Shown piece by piece: positions 1 through 8,690 of a stretch of DNA of 64,000 nt. A program made the position numbers and the translations under genes. The notes under the pieces were generated by a model. That model was not told where the DNA came from, searched no databases, and saw only the letters and a list, made by a program, of their open reading frames with translations. Each line of letters opens with the position of its first letter. Positions within the stretch are counted from its first letter, which is position 1. The DNA comes from a phage, in sequence record PZ583743.1. One strand, given 5' to 3'.

Positions 1-610
1 ATCATCAATGTTTGGAATCGCAGATTGATTCAGGAATTTAGATTCGTCGTAGTTACTAAAACCAGAAACTTGTTTAACTTTCAGTACAAAGTTAGCACCT
101 TCCCACGGACAAGTTACATCAACCGGGGTTTCACCCATTTCAACATCAACTGCAATCATTGCATTGATTTTATCCCAGATTTTCTTACCGAAGCGGTATT
201 TAAATACTTTACCTTCATTTTCTGGAGCAGCTGGGTCTTTTACTACAAGAATGTTAGCCCAGTAAGAAGTTTTACGTTTAACAAGACCGTACTCTTTATT
301 GTCAGTGTTATACAAATCATTTTTATTGATGTACTGACATACTGGACAAGAATCGTAATCACCGTGGGTAGATGAACAGTTTTCAATATACCATTTACCA
401 TTTTTCTTGAAACCGTGATTTACAAGAATTGCGAATGGTGCTTGTTCATCATTTTTAGACGGAAGAAAACGAATTACTGCTTGACCGTTACCCGCATTGT
501 CGAGTTTCAGTTTCCACTCGCCTTTATCTTCAGAAGAAAAACCACCTTTATTTCCAGCCAGTTTAGCCATTTGTGCAGCGAGTTCAGCAGTAGATTTACG
601 TTTAAACATT
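1..610 (-). CDS. 32: gp32 single-stranded DNA-binding protein, N-terminal ~203 aa only; 3' end lies beyond window start
   Basis: Minus-strand ATG at 610..608; manual translation [74 protein letters not shown] matches recalled T4 gp32; no stop before window edge. Confidence 0.9.
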
Positions 611-709
611 TTTTATTTCCTTTTTAATTTAATTAACAGTTGGTGCTATGACGATGTATGACCTCATAGCTGGTCAGTGAGATAATTATAATCTATTTAT
701 AATAAGCAA
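611..709 (-). promoter_or_regulatory. gene 32 mRNA leader: AU-rich unstructured tract UUAAAUUAAAAAGGAAAUAAAA before AUG plus upstream pseudoknot-forming segment (autogenous translational operator)
   Basis: Minus-strand leader sequence read directly; matches known T4 gene 32 operator architecture. Confidence 0.6.
694..701 (-). promoter_or_regulatory. Candidate late promoter (TATAAATA on minus strand) in 59-32 intergenic region
   Basis: Plus-strand tatttata at 694-701 = minus TATAAATA; T4 late promoter consensus. Confidence 0.4.
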
Positions 710-1363
710 TTAGTACTTACAAGATTTCACAGTTTCAATAAAAACACTTTTAGCTTTCTGCGAATCAATATTTAAAATTTTTCTATAAGCCTTTAACTTT
801 ATAGAATAATTATTCCAGACTAAATTATCAGTCTGTTCGTCATGTTTATCAATTATATTTAAAAACGAATCAAGCAAGATAAACGTCTCAAACGAAATTA
901 TATTCGATTGAAGTAGTTTAAAAATATAACTTGATTGAACTTTTGGATTATACTCAAAGATTTCTTTAAAAGCAGAAACTTCAACTTTTTTACTAAAATA
1001 ATAAATGTTGCGAATATCTTCTTCAAACTTAAATTTAATTTGCTTTAAGCGTCCGATATATTCACGATAAAACACAAGTGCATCAGCGTCAGAGATGTCA
1101 CCAATCCAAGCATCTTGGTTAGCAACAAGATTGCTTATAAAGATTAAAGCAAGTTCCTTTAATTTATATTTTTCTGATAACTTCTGGAAAAAATACTTAT
1201 CCCTTCGCTTTTGATAAGCGGCATCAGACACCCGCATGCACCAATTATACTTAATTACATCATACTTTCCATTCATATGTTGTTTTATCATTAAGTATAA
1301 TTTATAAACTGATTTACCATCAATGTATCTTTCACCACCAGCAGGCATGCGGAGTTTAATCAT
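710..1363 (-). CDS. 59: gp59 helicase loader
   Basis: 217 aa, same as T4 gp59; N-terminus MIKLRMPAGGERYIDGKSVYKLY; synteny. Confidence 0.85.
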   Translation of the reverse strand: MIKLRMPAGGERYIDGKSVYKLYLMIKQHMNGKYDVIKYNWCMRVSDAAYQKRRDKYFFQKLSEKYKLKELALIFISNLVANQDAWIGDISDADALVFYREYIGRLKQIKFKFEEDIRNIYYFSKKVEVSAFKEIFEYNPKVQSSYIFKLLQSNIISFETFILLDSFLNIIDKHDEQTDNLVWNNYSIKLKAYRKILNIDSQKAKSVFIETVKSCKY

Positions 1364-1698
1364 AGTAGAAAATCTAATGTATTAGTTTTTTCACAACGAA
1401 CAACAGAAGGACGTAAAAGATTTTCGTCAATAGCTTCTGACTGAATTTTTTCAATTATACCCGAAGGAATAAATTTAGCAAATTGAGTTTCAGGAATAGA
1501 ATTTTCTTCCAAGAATGCTGTTGTAGCTTCAAGATAACTCATTCCAAACTCTTCTACCATTTTTTCAATAATAAATCCATTTTCTTGGCGGTCAAGAAGC
1601 TTTGCTATTTCATCCTTTTCTTTCTTAATTGAAAGTTCTTTTTCTGAAAGACCGGTCTCATCGACCGGACGAATATCATTTAGAGAAAACTGTGTCAT
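1360..1698 (-). CDS. 33: gp33 late transcription co-activator
   Basis: ORF-track frame, ATG at 1698 gives 112 aa MTQFSLNDIRPVDETG; matches T4 gp33 length; overlaps 59 start (coupling). Confidence 0.8.
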   Translation of the reverse strand: MTQFSLNDIRPVDETGLSEKELSIKKEKDEIAKLLDRQENGFIIEKMVEEFGMSYLEATTAFLEENSIPETQFAKFIPSGIIEKIQSEAIDENLLRPSVVRCEKTNTLDFLL

Positions 1699-1945
1699 AA
1701 AGTTCAACTACCTCTTCAGTTTCAGCTTCAAACACATCACGGTTATCTTTATGATACAAAGCTAAAAGACGATTAAACATCTTACCATCAACGCCAAGTT
1801 CATCTTTAGCACGAATTCGAATGTCTTTAATCAATTCATTATAACCGGAAATTTTCAGTTTATGATCAGATGCTTCTTTGATAAATTTAGCTAAGTCTTC
1901 GCCATGGATAGCTTCATCAAATTCAACCATTTCTTTTTTAGCCAT
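1676..1945 (-). CDS. dsbA: DsbA dsDNA-binding late transcription protein
   Basis: 89 aa, same as T4 DsbA; synteny between rnh and 33. Confidence 0.8.
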   Translation of the reverse strand: MAKKEMVEFDEAIHGEDLAKFIKEASDHKLKISGYNELIKDIRIRAKDELGVDGKMFNRLLALYHKDNRDVFEAETEEVVELYDTVFSK

Positions 1946-1953
1946 TATTCACC

Positions 1954-2871
1954 TCAAAATTCATTAATGCTATTAGTTAATTTAGAAAGACCCGCTTTTA
2001 CAAAATATGAATAAATTTTGCCACGCGGTGGTAATTTATATGAATTATAGTAATTCACAATATTTGAAGCAATATTATCAGGAATATAATCAAAATCAAT
2101 TAGAACTAAATTTTCTTTATATCGATTATATTCAGATTCAGTGAGAAGCACCTTAGCTTGCTCACGGTCATTAGCAATAGCTTCAACAATAGAGGTTTTC
2201 ATTGAAGGAGTTCGTTCACCTTCAACTCTAGTAAACCAAAAGTCAGATCGTACTTTAACTGAAGCAACGTTATCCTTTTTGTCGCCTTTAAGGATTTTAG
2301 TCATACAGTCAATTTCAGCAGAACCGCTTTTAATTTTAACCCATTTCTTGTGCATCGGTGACCATTGCTTAACATTTGGGTATTTGTGAAGTTGAGTAAA
2401 GTCACCATCCGACGAAATGATTAAAATCTTATGTCCTTCTAAAGAGAACTTTTTAACAAGAACAGCAATGTGGTCATCTGCTTCATACTTATCAATATCC
2501 ATAACGATGTATGGCATATAAGCTTTCAATTCATCTATAACTTTATGACTAGATTCAAAATAACCTTCCCAGTCCCAAGTAGATTCTTCTCGTGCTTTTC
2601 CACGGTTTTTCTTATAATAATAAGCGAAATCACGACGCCAGTATCCAGATTTCGCGTTATCAATACACAATACAATTTTAGTGTATCCAAGAGTTTTTGC
2701 TTTTTTGACATTAAACTTAATTGAGTTCAATATCAAATGACGAACCATTGATAAGTTAATTTTTTCTTTATCTGGAAAGTTTACTAGAGCAGTTGAAAGC
2801 GCAATTTGACTAAAGTCAATTAAGCAAATTCCTTCTTTGTAATCTTCATCCAGCATCATTTCTAAATCCAT
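1954..2871 (-). CDS. rnh: RNase H (5'-3' exonuclease / flap endonuclease)
   Basis: ATG at 2871 gives 305 aa starting MDLEMMLDEDYKEGICLIDFSQIAL, matching T4 RNase H; ORF-track start is an upstream TTG. Confidence 0.9.
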   Translation of the reverse strand: MDLEMMLDEDYKEGICLIDFSQIALSTALVNFPDKEKINLSMVRHLILNSIKFNVKKAKTLGYTKIVLCIDNAKSGYWRRDFAYYYKKNRGKAREESTWDWEGYFESSHKVIDELKAYMPYIVMDIDKYEADDHIAVLVKKFSLEGHKILIISSDGDFTQLHKYPNVKQWSPMHKKWVKIKSGSAEIDCMTKILKGDKKDNVASVKVRSDFWFTRVEGERTPSMKTSIVEAIANDREQAKVLLTESEYNRYKENLVLIDFDYIPDNIASNIVNYYNSYKLPPRGKIYSYFVKAGLSKLTNSINEF

Positions 2872-2900
2872 ATGAACCTCGTTCAATTAGTGAGATTTCT

Positions 2901-2930
2901 ATTATATACCATCCAAATCTTAAAGTAAAC
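2901..2930 (-). promoter_or_regulatory. Early promoter (minus: GTTTAC-18 nt-TATAAT) upstream of rnh
   Basis: Plus-strand attata...gtaaac; T4 early promoter consensus. Confidence 0.5.
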
Positions 2931-2933
2931 AAG

Positions 2934-2941
2934 TATAAATA
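2934..2941 (+). promoter_or_regulatory. Late promoter TATAAATA for gene 34
   Basis: Exact TATAAATA ~35 nt upstream of gene 34 ATG; SD AGGAG at 2961-2965. Confidence 0.7.
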
Positions 2942-2975
2942 CTTATTATTGAAAACACAATAGGAGCCCGGGAGA

Positions 2976-5900
2976 ATGGCCGAGATTAAAAGAAAGTTCA
3001 GAGCAGAAGATGGTCTGGACGCAGGTGGCGATAAAATAATCAATGTAGCTTTAGCTGATCGTACCGTAGGAACTGACGGTGTTAACGTTGATTACTTAAT
3101 TCAAGAAAACACAGTTCAACAATATGATCCAACTCGTGGATATTTAAAAGATTTTGTAATCATTTATAATAATCGTTTTTGGGCAGCAACGGATAATATT
3201 CCAAAACCTGCTGGAAGTTTTAATAGAATTCGTTGGAAAGCATTACGTACTGATGCCGTATATACAACCGTATCATCTGGACCATATCAATTAAAATCCG
3301 GAGAAGCAATTTCAGTAGATACATCAGTTGGTAATGACATTGAGTTTAATTTACCACCTTCTCCGCTTGATGGAGAAACCGTAATAATTCAAGATATTGG
3401 TGGAAAACCTGGTATAAATCAGGTTAAAATAAATTCTTCAAATCAGAGTATTGTTAATTTTAGAGGTGAACAAGTACGTTCAGTTCTAATGACTCATCCA
3501 AAGTCACAGATGATATTCATTTTTAATAATCGTTTGTGGCAAATGTATGTTGCTGATTATAGCAGAGAAGCTGCGATTGTTACTCCATCGACTGCATATC
3601 AAGCACAATCTAATGATTTTATCGTGCGTAGATTTACTTCCGCTGCGCCGATTAATATTAAACTTCCGAGATTTGCTAATCATGGCGATATTATTAATTT
3701 CGTTGATTTAGATAAATTAAATCCACTTTATCATACAATTGTCACGACATATGATGAAACAACTTCAGTACAAGAAGTTGGAACTCATTCTATTGAAGGC
3801 CGTACATCGATTGACGGTTTCTTGATGTTTGACGATAATGAAAAATTATGGAGATTGTTTGACGGGGATAGTAAAGCACGTTTACGCATTATAACAACTA
3901 ATTCTAATATTCGTCCAAATGAAGAAGTTATGGTATTTGGTGCGAATAACGGAACAGCCCAAACAATTGAACTTCAGCTTCCAACCGATATTTCCATTGG
4001 TGATACTGTTAAAATTTCCATGAATTACATGAGAAAAGGACAAACAGTTAAAATCAAAGCTGCCGGTGAAGATAAAATTGCTTCTTCAGTTCAATTGCTG
4101 CAATTCCCAAAACGCTCAGAATATCCACCTGAAGCTGAATGGGTGACTGTCCAAGAATTAGTTTTCAATGGTGAAACTAATTATGTTCCGGTTTTACAAC
4201 TTGCTTATATAGAAGATTCTGACGGAAAATACTGGGTTGTACAACAAAACGTTCCAACGGTTGAAAGAGTCGATTCTTTAAATAATTCTACTAGAGCAAG
4301 ATTAGGCGTAATTGCTTTAGCTACACAAGCTCAAGCTAACGTCGATTTAGAAAATTCTCCGCAAAAAGAATTAGCAATTACACCAGAAACATTAGCTAAC
4401 CGTACTGCTACAGAAACTCGTAGAGGTATCGCAAGAATAGCAACTACTGCTCAAGTAAATCAGAACACTACATTCTCTTTTGCAGATGACCTTATCATCA
4501 CTCCTAAAAAGCTGAATGAAAGAACTGCTACAGAAACTCGTAGAGGTGTTGCTGAAATTGCTACACAGCAAGAAACTAACGCAGGTACTGATGATACTAC
4601 AATCATCACTCCTAAAAAGCTTCAAGCTCGTCAAGGTTCTGAATCATTATCTGGTATTGTAACCTTTGTATCTACCGCAGGAGCTACTCCAGCTTCTAGT
4701 CGTGAATTAAATGGTACGAATGTTTATAATAAAAACACTAATAATTTAGTTGTTTCGCCTAAAGCTTTGGATCAGTATAAAGCTACTCCAACCCAACAAG
4801 GCGCAGTAATTTTAGCAGTTGAAAGTGAAGTAATTGCTGGACAAAGCCAAGAAGGATGGGCAAATGCGGTTGTAACGCCAGAAACGTTACATAAAAAGAC
4901 ATCAACTGATGCAAGAATTGGTTTAATTGAAATTGCTACACAAAGTGAAGTTAATACAGGAACTGACTATACTCGTGCAGTCACTCCTAAAACTTTAAAT
5001 GACCGTAGAGCAACTGAAAGTTTAAGTGGTATAGCTGAAATTGCTACACAAGTTGAATTCGACGCAGGCGTCGACGATACTCGTATCTCTACACCATTAA
5101 AAATTAAAACCAGATTTAATAGTACTGATCGTACTTCTGTTGTTGCTCTATCTGGATTAGTTGAATCAGGAACTCTCTGGGACCATTATACCCTTAATAT
5201 TCTTGAAGCAAATGAGACACAGCGTGGTACACTTCGTGTAGCTACACAAGTTGAAGCTGCTGCAGGAACATTGGATAATGTTCTAATAACTCCTAAAAAG
5301 CTTTTAGGTACTAAATCTACTGAAGCACAGGAAGGCGTTATTAAAGTTGCAACTCGGTCTGAAACTGTAGCTGGAACGTCAGCAAATACTGCTGTATCTC
5401 CAAAAAATTTAAAATGGATTGTGCAGAGTGAACCAACTTGGGCAGCAACTACTCTGATAAGAGGGTTTGTTAAAACTTCATCTGGTTCAATTACATTCGT
5501 TGGTAATGATACCGTTGGTTCAACGCAGTCATTAGAATCATATGAGAAAAATGGTTATGCAGTATCACCATATGAATTAAATCGCGTATTAGCAAATTAT
5601 TTGCCATTAAAAGCAAAAGCCGTAGATAGTAATTTATTAGATGGTCTAGATTCGCTCCAGTTCATTCGTAGGGACATTGCACAAACAGTTAATGGTTCAC
5701 TAACCTTAACGCAACAAACGAATCTGAGTGCCCCTCTTGTATCATCTAGTACTGCTACGTTTGGTGGATCAGTTTCGGCAAATAGTACATTAACTATTTC
5801 TAATACTGGAACGGCAACTCGTCTGATTTTTGAAAAAGGACCTCAAACTGGGACGAACCCAGCTCAAACGATGACAGTCAGAGTGTGGGGAAATCAATTC

Positions 5901-6845
5901 AGCGGTGAATCGGACACAACACGTTCTACCGTATTTGAAGTTAGTGATGAAACGTCTAATCACTTTTATTCTCAGCGCAATAAAGCTGGTAATATAACAT
6001 TTAATATAAACGGTACAGTAACGCCGATAAATGTGAATGCTTCAGGAACATTGAATGCGAATGGCGTTGCAACATTTGGTAATTCAGTCACTGCTAATGG
6101 CGAATTTATCAGTAAATCATCGAATGCTTTTAGAGCAATAAACGGTGATTATGGATTCTTTATTCGTAATGATGGTGCTAACACCTATTTTATGCTTACT
6201 GCATCTGGTGATCAGACCGGTGGATTTAATGGATTACGTCCTTTAACTATTAATAATGCATCTGGTCAAGTAACGATTGGTGAAAGCTTAATCATTGCCA
6301 AAGGTGCTACTATAAGTTCAGGTGGTTTAACTGTTAACTCGAGAATTCGTTCTCAGGGTACTAAAACCTCTGATTTATATACCCGTGCGCCAACATCTGA
6401 TACTGTAGGATTCTGGTCAATCGATATTAATGATTCAGCCACTTATAACCAGTTCCCGGGTTATTTTAAAATGGTTGAAAAAACTAATGAAGTTACTGGA
6501 CTTCCATACTTAGAACGTGGTGAAGAAGTTAAATCTCCTGGTACATTGACTCAGTTTGGTAACACACTTGATTCACTTTACCAAGATTGGATTACTTATC
6601 CAACGACCCCAGAAGCACGTACCACTCGCTGGACACGTACATGGCAGAAAACCAAAAACTCTTGGTCAAGTTTTGTTCAGGTATTTGACGGAGGTAACCC
6701 TCCTCAACCTTCAGATATAGGAGCGATCCCATCTGATAATGGAATAATAGGTAATCTTACTATTCGTGATTTCTTGCGAATTGGTAATGTTCGCATTATT
6801 CCTGACCCAGTGAATAAAACTGTTAAATTTGAGTGGATTGAATAA
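2976..6845 (+). CDS. 34: gp34 long tail fibre proximal subunit
   Basis: 1289 aa, identical length to T4 gp34; N-terminus MAEIKRKFRAEDGLDAGGDKIINVALADR; internal repeats of the (I/V)ATQxE...G(T/S)D type. Confidence 0.95.
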   Translation: MAEIKRKFRAEDGLDAGGDKIINVALADRTVGTDGVNVDYLIQENTVQQYDPTRGYLKDFVIIYNNRFWAATDNIPKPAGSFNRIRWKALRTDAVYTTVSSGPYQLKSGEAISVDTSVGNDIEFNLPPSPLDGETVIIQDIGGKPGINQVKINSSNQSIVNFRGEQVRSVLMTHPKSQMIFIFNNRLWQMYVADYSREAAIVTPSTAYQAQSNDFIVRRFTSAAPINIKLPRFANHGDIINFVDLDKLNPLYHTIVTTYDETTSVQEVGTHSIEGRTSIDGFLMFDDNEKLWRLFDGDSKARLRIITTNSNIRPNEEVMVFGANNGTAQTIELQLPTDISIGDTVKISMNYMRKGQTVKIKAAGEDKIASSVQLLQFPKRSEYPPEAEWVTVQELVFNGETNYVPVLQLAYIEDSDGKYWVVQQNVPTVERVDSLNNSTRARLGVIALATQAQANVDLENSPQKELAITPETLANRTATETRRGIARIATTAQVNQNTTFSFADDLIITPKKLNERTATETRRGVAEIATQQETNAGTDDTTIITPKKLQARQGSESLSGIVTFVSTAGATPASSRELNGTNVYNKNTNNLVVSPKALDQYKATPTQQGAVILAVESEVIAGQSQEGWANAVVTPETLHKKTSTDARIGLIEIATQSEVNTGTDYTRAVTPKTLNDRRATESLSGIAEIATQVEFDAGVDDTRISTPLKIKTRFNSTDRTSVVALSGLVESGTLWDHYTLNILEANETQRGTLRVATQVEAAAGTLDNVLITPKKLLGTKSTEAQEGVIKVATRSETVAGTSANTAVSPKNLKWIVQSEPTWAATTLIRGFVKTSSGSITFVGNDTVGSTQSLESYEKNGYAVSPYELNRVLANYLPLKAKAVDSNLLDGLDSLQFIRRDIAQTVNGSLTLTQQTNLSAPLVSSSTATFGGSVSANSTLTISNTGTATRLIFEKGPQTGTNPAQTMTVRVWGNQFSGESDTTRSTVFEVSDETSNHFYSQRNKAGNITFNINGTVTPINVNASGTLNANGVATFGNSVTANGEFISKSSNAFRAINGDYGFFIRNDGANTYFMLTASGDQTGGFNGLRPLTINNASGQVTIGESLIIAKGATISSGGLTVNSRIRSQGTKTSDLYTRAPTSDTVGFWSIDINDSATYNQFPGYFKMVEKTNEVTGLPYLERGEEVKSPGTLTQFGNTLDSLYQDWITYPTTPEARTTRWTRTWQKTKNSWSSFVQVFDGGNPPQPSDIGAIPSDNGIIGNLTIRDFLRIGNVRIIPDPVNKTVKFEWIE

Positions 6846-6853
6846 GAGGTATT

Positions 6854-7969
6854 ATGGAAAAATTTATGGCAGAGTTTGGACAAGGATACGTCCAAACGCC
6901 ATTTTTATCGGAAAGTAATTCAGTAAGATATAAAATAAGTATAGCGGGTTCTTGCCCGCTTTCTACAGCAGGACCGTATGTTAAATTTCAGGATAATCCT
7001 GTCGGAAATCAAACATTTAGCGCAGGTCTTCATTTAAGAGTTTTTGACCCTTCAACAGGAGCATTAGTTGATAGTAAGTCATATGCTTTTTCTACTTCAA
7101 ATAATACTACATCAGCTGCTTTTGTTAGTTTCATGAATTCTTTGTCAAACAATAGACTTGTTGCTATATTAACTAGCGGAAAGGTTAATTTTCCTCCTGA
7201 AGTGGTATCTTGGTTAAGGGGAGCAGGAACTTCAGTTTTTCCATCAGATTCAGTATTGTCAAGATTTGACGTATCATATGCTGCTTTTTATACTTCTTCT
7301 AAAAGAGCTATTGCATTAGAGCATGTTAAACTAAGTAATAGAAAAAGCACAGATGATTATCAAACTATTTTAGATGTTGTATTTGATAGTTTAGAAGACG
7401 TCGGAGCTACGGGATTTCCTAAAAGAACATATGAAAGTGTCGAGCAATTTATGTCAGCGGTTGGTGGAACTAATAACGAAATTGCGCGATTGCCAACTTC
7501 AGCTGCTATAAGTAAACTATCTGATTATAATTTAATTCCTGGTGATGTTCTTTATCTTAAAGCACAGTTATATGCTGATGCTGATTTACTTGATCTTGGA
7601 ACTACAAACATATCCATTCGTTTTTATGATGCATCAAATGGATATATTTCCTCTACCCAAGCTGAGTTTACTGGGCAAGCTGGGTCTTGGGAATTAAAGG
7701 AAGATTATGTAGTTGTTCCTGAAAATGCAGTCGGATTTACTATATATGCGCAGAGAACTGCTCAAGCTGGTCAAGGCGGCATGAGGAATTTAAGCTTTTC
7801 TGAAGTATCAAGAAATGGCGGCATTTCAAAACCTGCCGAATTTGGCGTCAACGGTATTCGCGTTAATTATGTCTGTGAATCGGCTTCACCTCCAGATATA
7901 ATGGTACTTCCTACACAAGCCTCTTCTAAAACTGGCAAAGTGTTTGGGCAAGAATTTAGAGAAGTTTAA
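6854..7969 (+). CDS. 35: gp35 long tail fibre hinge protein
   Basis: 371 aa; position between 34 and 36. Confidence 0.9.
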   Translation: MEKFMAEFGQGYVQTPFLSESNSVRYKISIAGSCPLSTAGPYVKFQDNPVGNQTFSAGLHLRVFDPSTGALVDSKSYAFSTSNNTTSAAFVSFMNSLSNNRLVAILTSGKVNFPPEVVSWLRGAGTSVFPSDSVLSRFDVSYAAFYTSSKRAIALEHVKLSNRKSTDDYQTILDVVFDSLEDVGATGFPKRTYESVEQFMSAVGGTNNEIARLPTSAAISKLSDYNLIPGDVLYLKAQLYADADLLDLGTTNISIRFYDASNGYISSTQAEFTGQAGSWELKEDYVVVPENAVGFTIYAQRTAQAGQGGMRNLSFSEVSRNGGISKPAEFGVNGIRVNYVCESASPPDIMVLPTQASSKTGKVFGQEFREV

Positions 7970-7974
7970 ACTGA

Positions 7975-8000
7975 GGGAGCCTTCGGGTTCCCTTTTTCTT
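7975..8000 (+). terminator. Rho-independent terminator after gene 35 (GGGAGCC-UUCG-GGUUCCC + U-run)
   Basis: Stem-loop followed by TTTTTCTT read directly. Confidence 0.65.
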
Positions 8001-8008
8001 TATAAATA
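8001..8008 (+). promoter_or_regulatory. Late promoter TATAAATA for gene 36
   Basis: Exact TATAAATA ~24 nt upstream of gene 36 ATG. Confidence 0.7.
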
Positions 8009-8031
8009 ATATTAAAATAAAGGGGCATATA

Positions 8032-8682
8032 ATGGCTGATTTAAAAGTAGGTTCAACTGTGGGTGGATCTGTCATTTGGCATCAAGGAAATTTTCCATTG
8101 AATTCAGCCGGTGACGATGTACTCTACAAATCATTTAAAATATATTCAGAATATAATAAACCGCAGGCAGCTGATAACGATTTCGTTTCTAAAGCTAATG
8201 GTGGTACTTACACCGGTCCAATTACTATTAATTACGGGGTAAATAGTTATCTTCAATTAAGTAATAATGAAACCCCAATTCGAATTCGTTCTGGCGGCGG
8301 TACCGGTAATACTCTTGTAGTTGGCGGCTCTTCCGGTGGTATTAGTTTTAGACCTGCAGGTAGTGAAATCACTACTGGGCAAATTACTATTACGCCAGAA
8401 GGTTTGACAACATTTACTAGGGCTGTAACGGCTCCATCGGTAACTGTTACATCTACTCCTTCCGCAGCATCTGATGTTACTCGTAAAGATTATGTCGATG
8501 GAGCAATAAATACTGTTACGGCAAATGCAAACTCTAGGGTATTACGCTCTGGAGATACTATGACAGGAAATTTAACTGCGCCAAACCTTTTTTCACAGAA
8601 TCCTGCATCTCAACCCTCACATGTTCCACGATTTGACCAAATCGTGATTAAGGATTCTGTTCAAGATTTCGGCTATTATTAA
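8032..8682 (+). CDS. 36: gp36 long tail fibre distal connector subunit
   Basis: 216 aa; synteny. Confidence 0.9.
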   Translation: MADLKVGSTVGGSVIWHQGNFPLNSAGDDVLYKSFKIYSEYNKPQAADNDFVSKANGGTYTGPITINYGVNSYLQLSNNETPIRIRSGGGTGNTLVVGGSSGGISFRPAGSEITTGQITITPEGLTTFTRAVTAPSVTVTSTPSAASDVTRKDYVDGAINTVTANANSRVLRSGDTMTGNLTAPNLFSQNPASQPSHVPRFDQIVIKDSVQDFGYY

Positions 8683-8690
8683 GAGGACTT

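Noticed and set aside
25-627. Plus-strand ORFs of 116 aa and 70 aa at the window start
   Set aside because: They lie antisense inside gene 32, whose minus-strand translation matches gp32; they are low-complexity shadow ORFs.
4392-4634. Minus-strand 80-aa ORF inside gene 34
   Set aside because: Fully contained antisense within the 1289-aa gp34 frame and Ser/Cys-rich; no RBS.
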